Positions 17,442 through 26,030 are shown, counted from the stretch's first letter. The stretch: 28,561 nt of DNA from Okeania sp. (GCF_035285525.1 NZ_JAYKGW010000033.1:1-28561), one strand, 5' to 3'. Notes: generated by a model from the sequence alone, not told the origin. Numbers and translations: made by a program.

Positions 17442-17762
17442 TTACCCTACCTCCTGTTTAATTTCAAATCTTCGGTCTAGTCCAGTTAACTCTAAACAAT
17501 ATTTAACTGAATCATTCAAATTAATTAGATATAGGTGACAATTATTTTTCCTAGCTATACGATGCAATGCGACTAAAGTCATTAATCCATAATTATTAAT
17601 AGAATTTAGAGTAGCAAGATCTACTACACAATAATTTTCTGACCTGGTAGTTAGAATTTTTTCTAACTGTTTCTGTAATAGAAAACTATTTTTTTGGTTA
17701 AAGTTATCTGAAGGGCGAATTAATAGAGCCATATTTTTTTCTATCTCCCTAATCTGGAACAT
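17442..17762 (-). CDS. STAS-domain protein (anti-sigma-factor antagonist / SpoIIAA-like) lacking the canonical phospho-serine
   Basis: It is 106 aa with the STAS layout ...VVDLATLNSINNYGLMTLVAL...LINLNDSVKYCLELTGL. Aligned to the B. subtilis SpoIIAA DLSFMDSSGLG block, the DSSG motif is NNYG here. Confidence 0.7.
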   Translation of the reverse strand: MFQIREIEKNMALLIRPSDNFNQKNSFLLQKQLEKILTTRSENYCVVDLATLNSINNYGLMTLVALHRIARKNNCHLYLINLNDSVKYCLELTGLDRRFEIKQEVG

Positions 17763-17895
17763 AATATTATTATATGTTATTGTAATTTATTGACTCAGTG
17801 ACTTATTCCTGGAATAATTGGTGATAATACTGAGATTTGCTTGTGATTCTAGTATGCTATAAATAATGATCTAGATCACAATTAATGTTAAGATA

Positions 17896-17949
17896 AGGAA
17901 GAAGGAAGAAGGAAGAAGGAAGAAGGAAGAAGGAAGAAGGAAGAAGGAA
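17896..17949. repeat. STRR-like heptamer array (GGAAGAA) x ~7.5 between the kinase and STAS genes
   Basis: The run AAGGAAGAAGGAAGAAGGAAGAAGGAAGAAGGAAGAAGGAAGAAGGAAGAAGGAAA has perfect 7-nt periodicity. Confidence 0.92.
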
Positions 17950-18034
17950 ATTAGATGAGTCTATGAGATTGATACCTTATGAATTTTGGTATTATATGAA
18001 CCGTGTTTTTATATAACCGAATTATATGTAAAGT

Positions 18035-19540
18035 TTAATTTTTAATTAAGACTTTTTTAACAACTAAAGTACCAGCTATCTTGTCATGTAATGCTTGCTT
18101 TTTTTTGGTAAAAGCTGCCATAATAAACCCTATTAGCAGAGTTATTAAGGAAATTGTTTTAGCGAAATACCTGGTATTAGCACGACCAAATGATATGAGA
18201 TTTCCATTTAAGTCTGTGACGACAATTCCCATTATTTTTTTCCCAATAGTTGCTTTTGCTGGTGAACTTTCACGTCGCGTAAAATAAAACCAATTTAATA
18301 CAGTAGTGAATAAGACAAAAATTAGAGTTACTATATATGATGAATCGTCAAATACTCTTGCCTCTAATCCTATAAAAATCATCAAAATAATACCGAAAAT
18401 TTCTGTAGTTATACTAAAAGAACTCCAACCTATCCACCATCCAAAACCACCTATTGAATTGATTATTTGATCGGGCAAAAATTGATTACCTAGAAAGATT
18501 CTACCTAATAATCCCGTTACAATTATCAGAATAATATTATCTAAAGCCAAAGCGAAAAAACGCCTCAAAAATACTTCATATTCAGGAGCAGAGGAAACTA
18601 CTGTTGATTGATTTTGTTTCTGATTATTTTTAGGCAAACCAGAACTATGTTTTCCCTCATTTATATTGTTTAAATAGTTGAAAATATCTTGTGTATTTTG
18701 AGGTCTATTCCCTGGAAAAGGCTTCATTAAATAATCTATAAAATCGCCCAAATCTTTTGATATCTTAACACTATTTCGCCAAATTAAATCTCCCGTATTC
18801 CGGTCTTCAGGAAAATTATTAGGTTGCTTACCTGTTAATAAATAAACAAAAGTTCTCCCCAAAGCAAAAAAATCAGATTGCTGCACAGCTTTTCCATTCA
18901 CTTGTTCTAATGGTGTATAACCAGGGGAAATAATTCCTGTTACTTGTTGCCCTCCTAGTTTTTGTAGATAAGTTTGAGTGACTTCTCTAGCTGTACCAAA
19001 ATCAATTAATACTAACTGACCATTTTCTCTAATCATAATATTCGATGGTTTAATATCTCTGTGAAAATATTCTTGTTGATGAACTTCATGTAAAATTTCT
19101 ATCAACTGTTTTAACCATCTAAATGCTGCCTTTTGAGAAATAGGTTCAGAGTTCCGTTGCTGCATATATTTTTCTAAATCCATCCCGGCAATTTTTTCCA
19201 TCACCAAACAATGCAAATGTTGTTGATTATTTCTAGGTCGAAAAGTGAAGTAACTGTCAGCTTCAACTCTAGGAATACCAGGATGATTTAAACTACTTAA
19301 AACCTCAGCTTCTTGTCGAAATAATTCAACTGCTTTAGGATGATTATTATGCAAAACTTTTAATACTTTAGGAATGCCACAGTCTTCCACTTCAAATGTT
19401 TTACCAAAACCACCGCCACCGAGAGGTTGAATAACTCGATAAATGTCTTGCAGCAACAGTTGGGAACCACAGGTTTGACAAAATAAAGGAGTGCCACTAT
19501 TTTGAGGATTAGGACATTGAGGATTTATGCAATAACTCAT
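18035..19540 (-). CDS. Hanks-type Ser/Thr protein kinase with an N-terminal 4-Cys zinc ribbon and a C-terminal RDD-family membrane domain
   Basis: The zinc ribbon is CINPQCPNPQN..FCQTCG. Kinase motifs are GGGGFGKTF, VLKVL, HRDIKPSNIM, DFGTA and PGYTPLEQ. The C-terminal ~170 aa have multiple hydrophobic helices bounded by RRFFALALDNIIL and RYFAKTIS...ALHDKIAGTLVV, which is typical of the RDD family. Confidence 0.88.
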   Translation of the reverse strand: MSYCINPQCPNPQNSGTPLFCQTCGSQLLLQDIYRVIQPLGGGGFGKTFEVEDCGIPKVLKVLHNNHPKAVELFRQEAEVLSSLNHPGIPRVEADSYFTFRPRNNQQHLHCLVMEKIAGMDLEKYMQQRNSEPISQKAAFRWLKQLIEILHEVHQQEYFHRDIKPSNIMIRENGQLVLIDFGTAREVTQTYLQKLGGQQVTGIISPGYTPLEQVNGKAVQQSDFFALGRTFVYLLTGKQPNNFPEDRNTGDLIWRNSVKISKDLGDFIDYLMKPFPGNRPQNTQDIFNYLNNINEGKHSSGLPKNNQKQNQSTVVSSAPEYEVFLRRFFALALDNIILIIVTGLLGRIFLGNQFLPDQIINSIGGFGWWIGWSSFSITTEIFGIILMIFIGLEARVFDDSSYIVTLIFVLFTTVLNWFYFTRRESSPAKATIGKKIMGIVVTDLNGNLISFGRANTRYFAKTISLITLLIGFIMAAFTKKKQALHDKIAGTLVVKKVLIKN

Positions 19541-19709
19541 AAAAGGTTGCTAAATTTTATAGCGCTATGGGCTAGGGAATAGGGAGTAGGGAACAGGCCA
19601 GAGTTAGGGTTCCCGAAAAATCAGTTTTTTTACTTACTTTTTGATTGGTGAAAAGAAACTGTACGGGTTTGGTCTCCAAACCCCTGTGATTAAATTTCCA
19701 AAGATTAAA

Positions 19710-20309
19710 TTACCAAACTTCTGTTAAATCTAAAGCAAATCCAGGCAATACATTTTCTCCGGATAAACTATCAGGATTTTCATATATTTCTATTTCCTGA
19801 TTTTGCCAATAAGTCTCTACTGTGCGGTTTTTACTATTAATTAACCAACCTAATCTTGCACCATTTTCCTGATACTCTTTCATCTTTTTTTGTAATTCTA
19901 AAATAGTATCATTTTTAGAACGTAATTCTACTACAAAATCAGGGCATAAAAGCGCAAAAGTTTCCTGTTGTTCTCTAGTTAAAGCATCCCATCTTTCCTG
20001 TTTTACCCAGGCAGCATCAGGAGAGCGATTACTACCATTAGGCAGATGAAAACTACTAGAAGAATTAAAACTTTTCCCCAATTTTGTTTGATAGTTCCAT
20101 GACCAAAGTTGCCCTATAATACTTGAGTTGCGATTTCCTGTAATGCTTCCTTTTGGTGCCATAATAATTAATTCTTCTGTAGCTGTTCTTTCTAATTGTA
20201 AATCTCGGTTAACCAGTGCTAACTCAATAAATTGTTCGTGGGTAATTTTCAGTTTAATTTCTTTGGGAATATTAACTGGTATTGTCTTAATTAAATTAGT
20301 TGTTGTCAT
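19710..20309 (-). CDS. Uma2 (DUF820) family putative restriction-endonuclease-like protein
   Basis: EQFIELA...NRDLQLERTATEELIIMAP, SPDAAWV and PDFVVELRS match the PD-(D/E)xK-like Uma2 pattern common in cyanobacteria. The start is set at MTTTN (ATG 20307-20309) because the longer ORF track start (20366) runs into a family D MITE. Confidence 0.8.
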   Translation of the reverse strand: MTTTNLIKTIPVNIPKEIKLKITHEQFIELALVNRDLQLERTATEELIIMAPKGSITGNRNSSIIGQLWSWNYQTKLGKSFNSSSSFHLPNGSNRSPDAAWVKQERWDALTREQQETFALLCPDFVVELRSKNDTILELQKKMKEYQENGARLGWLINSKNRTVETYWQNQEIEIYENPDSLSGENVLPGFALDLTEVW

Positions 20310-20345
20310 AACTTTTTTACCTTTGTTGAAGATAATGATAAAGTA

Positions 20346-20541
20346 TAAGCATTCAGCTATTAGCAATCAGCAGTCAGCTCAAGCACAATAAAAATGAATG
20401 AAGCAAGCACTTTTTTAACTTCTACTTTTCAATCATGTATCTGAGTTGTCAACCCAATATAATGGCCGGAAATTATAGATTTGTTTCATAAGCTGAGAGC
20501 TGACTGCTGAATGCGAGCGCATTTCCCAGGAAATGCTTACG
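20346..20541. mobile_element. MITE-like element, family D
   Basis: The left end is ATAAGCATTCAGCTATTAGCAATCAGCAGTCAGCTCAAGC. The right end is AAGCTGAGAGCTGACTGCTGAATGC[GAGCGCATTTCCCAGGAAAT]GCTTAC, with a 20-nt interruption inside the terminus. Confidence 0.6.
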
Positions 20542-20652
20542 TTTTATTCTACCAAAATCAAAAAAATATTGCTATTAGCAGAAGCTCAATATTTGGTATA
20601 ATGGGGACTTACGCAGTACCGCTATACCCAGTATGAGGGTGCGCGATCTCAT

Positions 20653-21074
20653 GGGGGACGGGTTTAGCTAACTTATCGGTGAAGACTCGTTAACTTAATA
20701 ATGAAACCCGCCCCTACAAAGCCTGATATAGAATCCGGTTACAAGTGTATATGTTCATAATTTTATCTACACTTCAATCTCTTCATATCCCCATATCCCC
20801 ATCTCCGACAACTATATAACGAGTATTCTACCGGATTTTCTATGATTCCCTAATGCGCACTCATTAGATGAAACAGTCCAGTAGTAGACTGAGACACCTT
20901 AAATGGTGCATGGGGTAGGGGCGGGTTTGAGCAGAAATTTTCATGGTTACTCTAAGGTTTACATAAACCCGCCCCGTTAGAGAGTGCGCGATCTCATGGG
21001 GGCGCGTTTAGCCAACTTATCAGTGAAGACTCGTTAACTTAAATAATGATTTTTCGGGAACCGTAACCCGCCCC
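20653..21074. repeat. Cluster of three family F GC-rich hairpin elements (GGGG(C/A)(G/C)G(G/T)TT ... AACCCGCCCC)
   Basis: The hairpin units are at 20653-20714, 20918-20975 and 20998-21074. Units 1 and 3 share GTGCGCGATCTCATGGGGG...TTAGC(T/C)AACTTATC(G/A)GTGAAGACTCGTTAACTTAA. The same stem sequence occurs at 5686-5743. Confidence 0.8.
20728..20843. mobile_element. Family E MITE inserted into a family F repeat, flanked by a 3-bp GAT duplication
   Basis: The filled site reads CTACAAAGCCTGAT[ATAGAATCCGGTT...ACCGGATTTTCTAT]GATTCCCTAATGC. The empty paralogous site at 21075-21097 reads CTACAAAGTTTGATTCCCTAATGC. Confidence 0.85.
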
Positions 21075-21162
21075 TACAAAGTTTGATTCCCTAATGCACC
21101 ATTTTCAAAGTCCGTGTTTATTAATCCAGTTTGCCTTCCTATACTCCCCTACTCATCTAACC

Positions 21163-22974
21163 TTAAACTGGAACTTTAACCACCTCATTACCAGATAAAC
21201 CAAAAGCTTTGTGAATAGTTTGCAATGCTTTCACGCTATCCTCCTCTTCTACCACACAACTAATTTTAATTTCTGAAGTCGCAATCATCAAAATATTTAT
21301 TTGACTTGCTGCCAATGCTGCAAACATTTTTGCTGCTATTCCTGGATGAGAAACCATTCCCGAACCAACTACACTCACTTTCGCAATACCACTCTGTAAC
21401 TCTACTTCTCCCCAACCAAACTCTGCTGCTGCATTTCTCAAAATTTGATATGCGGTTTCCTCTTCTGATTGAGATATGGTAAAAGCAATATCACGAGTCA
21501 AAACTCCATCCACACTATGACAACGTTGGGATTGAATAATCATATCCACACTAATATTCTGTTGCGCCAACAAACCAAATATTTTAGCTGCTATTCCTGG
21601 GCGATCGGGAAGGTGACGCACCGCTACCCTTGCTTGCTTCCTATCTAAAGCAACTCCTCGCACTGGTGGCAAAACTTCTGACGACTCAGTAGCAGAACTA
21701 CTGGAAATATCTGCTACATCTACCTCAAATGCTTGACACAAAGAATTAACTGCCTTTTCTCGGTCTTCTGCATTAACCACACAACTTACTTTAACTTCGG
21801 AAGTCGAAATCATTAATATATTTACTTCTGCTGCTGCCAAAGTTGCAAACATTTTTGCTGCTACTCGTGGTCGCCCGATCATTCCTGCACCCACCAGACT
21901 GACTTTGGCAATAGCTCTTTCTTCCGCTCTGACTTCTGGTTCCCCTAAACTGGGGTCAGAATTTTTCCCTAAAGCAGGTAATATAGCATCCGCTACTGCT
22001 GCTGCTACTCTCAATGTATCTTTTCCGACAGTGAAAGCAATATCATTAGTGTTACCTTCGTGAATAGATTGAATAATCAAATCTACATCTATATTTTTTT
22101 CCGCAATACCAGAAAATAATTTGGCTGCTACACCAGGGCGATCAGGAACGTGCAATAAAGAAATTGCCGCTTGGTTAGTATCATATTCTATGGCATCTAC
22201 AGGTTTGGTTAATTCTAAATCTTGTAATGCAGGACGTCGAGGGATTTCAGAAACGACGCGAGTACCCGGTGCATCACTCCAACTGGATAACACTACTAAT
22301 GGCATTCCATAATTTCGAGCAATTTCCACTGCCCTGGGATGCAACACTTTTGCCCCTAGACTTGCCAACTCCAACATCTCATTACAGGTAATTTCTGACA
22401 TTAACTGTGCTTCCGGTACGATACGGGGATCGGTTGTTAATATTCCAGGAACGTCTGTATATATTTCGCATTTTTCTGCTTGGAGTGCTGCTGCTAAAGC
22501 GACTGCGGAAGTATCGGAACCACCTCTACCTAATGTGGTGATTTCCTGATGACGAGTCTGACTAATACCTTGGAAACCTGCAACAACTACAACTTCCCCC
22601 AGTTGCAGATGTTCTTCTATGCGTTCGGTTTGAATGTGTAAAATACGAGCGCGGGAATGTTGAGCTTCTGTGACTATTCCCACCTGCGCTCCAGTCAGGG
22701 AAATAGCTGGTACTCCCAACTCTTTTAATGCCATACTCATTAGAGCAATAGTAACTTGTTCCCCTGTGGATAGTAGCATATCCATTTCTCGGCGACAGGG
22801 GTTGGAGGAGATTTCGTTTGCTAGTTTGACTAAACCATCTGTGGTTTTTCCCATTGCGGAAAGCACTACGACTACCGAGCGATCGCTGGCTGTTTTAGCG
22901 ATCTTTTGGGCCACTGCTTTGATTCTTTCTACAGAACCGACTGATGTACCACCATATTTTTGGACTATTAGCAT
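21163..22974 (-). CDS. lysC: Aspartate kinase, cyanobacterial long form with two tandem ACT-domain pairs
   Basis: The N-terminal VQKYGGTSVG kinase motif, GRGGSDT, and TDVPGILTTDPR are present. The C-terminal regulatory region is duplicated (PDRPGVAAKLF.. and PDRPGIAAKIF.., each followed by VSLVGAGM/VSVVGSGM). Confidence 0.93.
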   Translation of the reverse strand: MLIVQKYGGTSVGSVERIKAVAQKIAKTASDRSVVVVLSAMGKTTDGLVKLANEISSNPCRREMDMLLSTGEQVTIALMSMALKELGVPAISLTGAQVGIVTEAQHSRARILHIQTERIEEHLQLGEVVVVAGFQGISQTRHQEITTLGRGGSDTSAVALAAALQAEKCEIYTDVPGILTTDPRIVPEAQLMSEITCNEMLELASLGAKVLHPRAVEIARNYGMPLVVLSSWSDAPGTRVVSEIPRRPALQDLELTKPVDAIEYDTNQAAISLLHVPDRPGVAAKLFSGIAEKNIDVDLIIQSIHEGNTNDIAFTVGKDTLRVAAAVADAILPALGKNSDPSLGEPEVRAEERAIAKVSLVGAGMIGRPRVAAKMFATLAAAEVNILMISTSEVKVSCVVNAEDREKAVNSLCQAFEVDVADISSSSATESSEVLPPVRGVALDRKQARVAVRHLPDRPGIAAKIFGLLAQQNISVDMIIQSQRCHSVDGVLTRDIAFTISQSEEETAYQILRNAAAEFGWGEVELQSGIAKVSVVGSGMVSHPGIAAKMFAALAASQINILMIATSEIKISCVVEEEDSVKALQTIHKAFGLSGNEVVKVPV

Positions 22975-23226
22975 ATTAATTTGAGAATTAGACTATTTAG
23001 ATCGTATTAATTTTAAATTCTTGGGTTAAAAGTTGTTAAGTAGATTAATTAAAATATACATTTTTATATTTGGTTTGAAGAGGTAATTTTAATTTCAAAG
23101 CATTAATATCAAGTCTCATTAATTAGCTATAATAAATCCGTTATTTTTAATGTAAAAGCAATTTCACAGGCATAATTTTTGCAATAAAAAAACCTAGATT
23201 TGGCAATTGTTCATTTATTTTATCTT

Positions 23227-23724
23227 TTAAAGATCACGAAATACAGCATCAAAAATAGAACGAGAAATTCTAAATTTGATGTTGACAAGATTTTCATAAA
23301 ATTCATCTTTATTACCTATTTCTATTTTCCTCTCCACAGCTAACTTTTTCAAAATCGCTAAAGTTCCCTTAAGATTTAATCCTAAATTAGTAGCCATTTT
23401 TCTAGCAGCTAAATCGTCTAAAATTACAAAATCGGCTTGTAACTCGGTAGCTAGAGCAATAGTTTCTGATTCATCCTGGCTAAAACTCTTATGTAACCGA
23501 TTAAATAAAGAAGTTAAATTAGTGCTTTGTACTGTTAACTTTTATAGTGTTAATACAGGAGTCAATGCCCGACTAATATTATCACTTTTAGGATTAATTT
23601 CAGTCACAACAGAGGGCGTTATATAAAATTTATAATTTTCATTAAGAAATAATTCTAAAGCTGGCAACCTGACTAACAAGATAAGAGGAGACGAATTAAT
23701 TACAATTTTCAAAATTTTTACCAC
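23227..23724 (-). pseudogene. PIN-like (DUF3368-type) toxin gene interrupted by one in-frame TAA
   Basis: The 60-aa ORF 23542-23724 (..VINSSPLILLVRLPALELF..) continues in the same frame after the TAA at 23542-23544. The continuation reads KLTVQSTNLTSLFNRLHKSFSQDESETIALATELQADFVILDDLAARKMATNLGLNLKGTLAILKKLAVERKIEIGNKDEFYENLVNIKFRISRSIFDAVFRDL, ending at the stop 23227-23229. Confidence 0.7.
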
Positions 23725-23957
23725 CTTTTTTCCTGTTCTATATCTTCATAAGAAAGATAGGAAAATTCAATGCCTAATAAATCCAAAATTTGCAACAATT
23801 CCTCAGCATCAATTTCCATTATTTCTGTACCTTTTTTCAAACTAATTAATCTAGCCATTAAAGCACCTAAGACAAATAAAAATTTTTCCTTTTGTTCGGA
23901 TTCGACAAAAATTGGTAAAGCACCAGTAATATCTTTTAGATCGAGAGTAGTTATCAT
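23718..23957 (-). CDS. UPF0175-family antitoxin-like protein
   Basis: It is 79 aa. The ...LISLKKGTEIMEIDAEELLQILDLLGIEFSYLSYEDIEQE pattern is typical of UPF0175. Its stop overlaps the start of the PIN-like gene by 7 nt. Confidence 0.65.
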   Translation of the reverse strand: MITTLDLKDITGALPIFVESEQKEKFLFVLGALMARLISLKKGTEIMEIDAEELLQILDLLGIEFSYLSYEDIEQEKRW

Positions 23958-24057
23958 TTCAGTTATCAGTTATTAGTTATTAGTTAGAGACATTATTTAT
24001 TTTGTTATATTTCCTGATTAGTTTAGATTCTTGATTATTAGAGTCGTATGTTTTATT

Positions 24058-24212
24058 TACCAAAATAATTAATAATTAAACAATTAAATAATTAAATAAT
24101 TCACACCTTGAAGCCTCCCCTTTCAAGGGTCAAAGATTTATTTTTTCCTTTTAGCCCATCTTCTCCTTTTTAGAGAAAGGTAATTATCAATTATCCATTA
24201 TCCATTAATGAA
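24058..24212. mobile_element. MITE-like element, family C, ending at the stop of the endonuclease gene
   Basis: The arms are AATAATTAATAATTAAACAATTAAATAATTAAATAATTC, the core is CTTGAAGCCTCCCCTTTCAAGGG, and the right end is GAAAGGTAATTATCAATTATCCATTATCC. The same core occurs at 26540-26565. Confidence 0.55.
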
Positions 24213-24214
24213 TA

Positions 24215-24790
24215 TCATTCTGCTAATCCTAATACTAAAACAGGAATATCAATATTTGCTACTCCTCGATGTTCTAAATCCCAAACAAATTGTTCAAAAT
24301 AAGAAACTCCTGTTGACATCATATCTGCAAATTCTTTAATAGGTACTATTTCTATTCCTACATCAATTATATTTTGATTGTGAAAAATAGTCATTTTTGC
24401 ACAGACATTGTAAACCATAAAAGCATATTTACCAAATTGAACTTCTACTCCTACTTTACCTTTAACAAAATCCATTTCTCGATAAGGTCTTGGCTGACGC
24501 TCTGGAGTCATAGGTTGATAATTATCTGTATAATATCTAGTAGGATATTCACAATATATTTTTTCTTTTTTCCAACCCATCAATTCAAACTCTTGTCTAT
24601 AAGCAGTATTAAGGGAACTAGGTTTATATAGCATCCTACCAGCCATTGTTTTTTCTTGACTAATCTTTGTTTTATGTTGTTTTGCATCTATTCTAGAAAT
24701 AACATTTTTAACCTGATTAAATTCATCACTGAAGTTTTGCTCAATAACTTCTAACCCAGAGTTAAAAGAATAAATACCAGCAATAATCAT
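24215..24790 (-). CDS. Type II restriction endonuclease, BglII-like fold
   Basis: EMDFVKGKVGVEVQFGKYAFMVYNV reproduces the BglII catalytic D-x8-E-x-Q block (DIDFGKRDTLVEVQFSNYPFLLNN as I recall it). The C-terminal IPVLVLGL resembles the BglII VPIRLVGL. It starts 5 nt after the methyltransferase stop. Confidence 0.75.
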   Translation of the reverse strand: MIIAGIYSFNSGLEVIEQNFSDEFNQVKNVISRIDAKQHKTKISQEKTMAGRMLYKPSSLNTAYRQEFELMGWKKEKIYCEYPTRYYTDNYQPMTPERQPRPYREMDFVKGKVGVEVQFGKYAFMVYNVCAKMTIFHNQNIIDVGIEIVPIKEFADMMSTGVSYFEQFVWDLEHRGVANIDIPVLVLGLAE

Positions 24791-24795
24791 TAATT

Positions 24796-25773
24796 TTATT
24801 TCTCCTCTTGTTCTTCAAATAAATTCATTTGTTTATGATCCTTCCACTCATCAGGAATTTGACTAACTTTTTCTTTACCGGTAGGAACATAAACAGGTTT
24901 ACCTAAAGGTCTCGTGCGTAAAGTTCCATTGTAATAAGAATTAATTCGATTTCTAGCTATTTCAATATAATCAAGTTCTTTCTCACTTCCCATTGCTTTT
25001 CTATTATTTTTAATAGCTGCAATTAAAGAAGTACCTGTTCCGGCATAAGGATCGAAAACAAAATCATTTTCATTTGTTAAAGCCAAAACACATCTTTCAA
25101 CTAATTCTACTGGATATTGACAAGGATGATTTGTTTTTTCTGGATGATTAGATTTTACATTAGGAATATCCCAGATTCCTGCTTCCCAATCTTTAGCTAA
25201 AATTTCCCAAACATCAGAGGGATTTTTACCTTTTTTATTTCCCGATAATTGACCTTTCTTTGCTCCTTTATAATGTCGCTTACCAGGATATTTTGCCGGA
25301 ACTCTAACCGGGTCTAAATTAAAAATATAATTATCACTTTTACTAAACCAAAGAATTGTTTCATAACGACCAGAAAACCTTTTTTGGGCGTGTAAACCAT
25401 GACCATAATGCCAGATAATTCTATTCCGCAAAAACATTTGTAATTTTTTGAATATTTGGTAATAAAAAATATCTAAAGGAAACACTTCACCTTTTTGAAT
25501 AAAATTACCAACTTGCCAACAAATACTACCATCCTCTCTCAAAATTCGGTACATTTGATTCAGCAGTTTTTCTTGAGTTTCTAGATAGTCTTCTAGGGCA
25601 ATTTTTTGCTCATAATTTTTACCAATATTGTAGGGAGGAGAAGTGATAATTAAAGCTACAGAATTATCAGGTATTGTGTTGATAAAATCTGCTGCCTCTC
25701 CGGGATAAAGTATTAAATTAGCTTCAAAATTAAACTCTTCTGAAATCAACTGTTGAGATGAGAAAAAATTCAT
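24796..25773 (-). CDS. Beta-class DNA methyltransferase, probably N4-cytosine (SPPY), cognate to the downstream endonuclease
   Basis: Motif IV (IITSPPYNIG) near the N-terminus precedes motif I (VFDPYAGTGTSLIAA) near the C-terminus, which is the beta-class order. SPPY rather than DPPY favours N4C. Confidence 0.85.
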   Translation of the reverse strand: MNFFSSQQLISEEFNFEANLILYPGEAADFINTIPDNSVALIITSPPYNIGKNYEQKIALEDYLETQEKLLNQMYRILREDGSICWQVGNFIQKGEVFPLDIFYYQIFKKLQMFLRNRIIWHYGHGLHAQKRFSGRYETILWFSKSDNYIFNLDPVRVPAKYPGKRHYKGAKKGQLSGNKKGKNPSDVWEILAKDWEAGIWDIPNVKSNHPEKTNHPCQYPVELVERCVLALTNENDFVFDPYAGTGTSLIAAIKNNRKAMGSEKELDYIEIARNRINSYYNGTLRTRPLGKPVYVPTGKEKVSQIPDEWKDHKQMNLFEEQEEK

Positions 25774-25799
25774 AGAGAGACTTTAGTAAAAAAAAATAT

Positions 25800-26030
25800 T
25801 ATAGCATTTCCCAAACTAGCGAGGTACAGATATTATTGATAATTATAGCGGATTCCAGATACATCAACCTTGGTGAAGTATACCCACGCGAGCAAGATGC
25901 TCGCTACTTATGAAAATTAAATTATTAATATCTGTACTTCATATACTTGGAATCTGCTGTAAATGTTCTTAGTGCCATTTTTCGCGCGGGTGTACCTCAC
26001 CAAACTAGAACCTGCTATACCAAAATTTTT
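25800..26030. mobile_element. Nested inverted-repeat (MITE-like) block upstream of the R-M operon
   Basis: Concentric inverted pairs are visible. TATAGC...GCTATAC form the outer ends. GGTACAGATATTATTGATAATT pairs with AATTATTAATATCTGTAC. TATAGCGGATTCCAGATAC pairs with ATACTTGGAATCTGCTGTA. The core CCCACGCGAGCAAGATGCTCGCTAC resembles 1718-1742. Confidence 0.55.

Noticed and set aside
17617-17622. Strong AGATCT avoidance as proof of the R-M specificity
   Set aside because: GATC itself is about two-fold under-represented in the window. Conditional on that, one site against about 4-5 expected is not decisive. The counts were made by eye.
21163-22974. The aspartokinase is about 200 aa longer than typical, with a duplicated regulatory region. 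Is it a fusion or an assembly artefact?
   Set aside because: A tandem duplication of the ACT-domain pair is the established architecture of cyanobacterial aspartokinases. The frame is uninterrupted and both halves are diverged.
23542-23724. The 60-aa ORF as an independent small gene
   Set aside because: It is the N-terminal part of the PIN-like reading frame, which continues in the same frame beyond a single TAA. It is reported instead as a pseudogene at 23227-23724.
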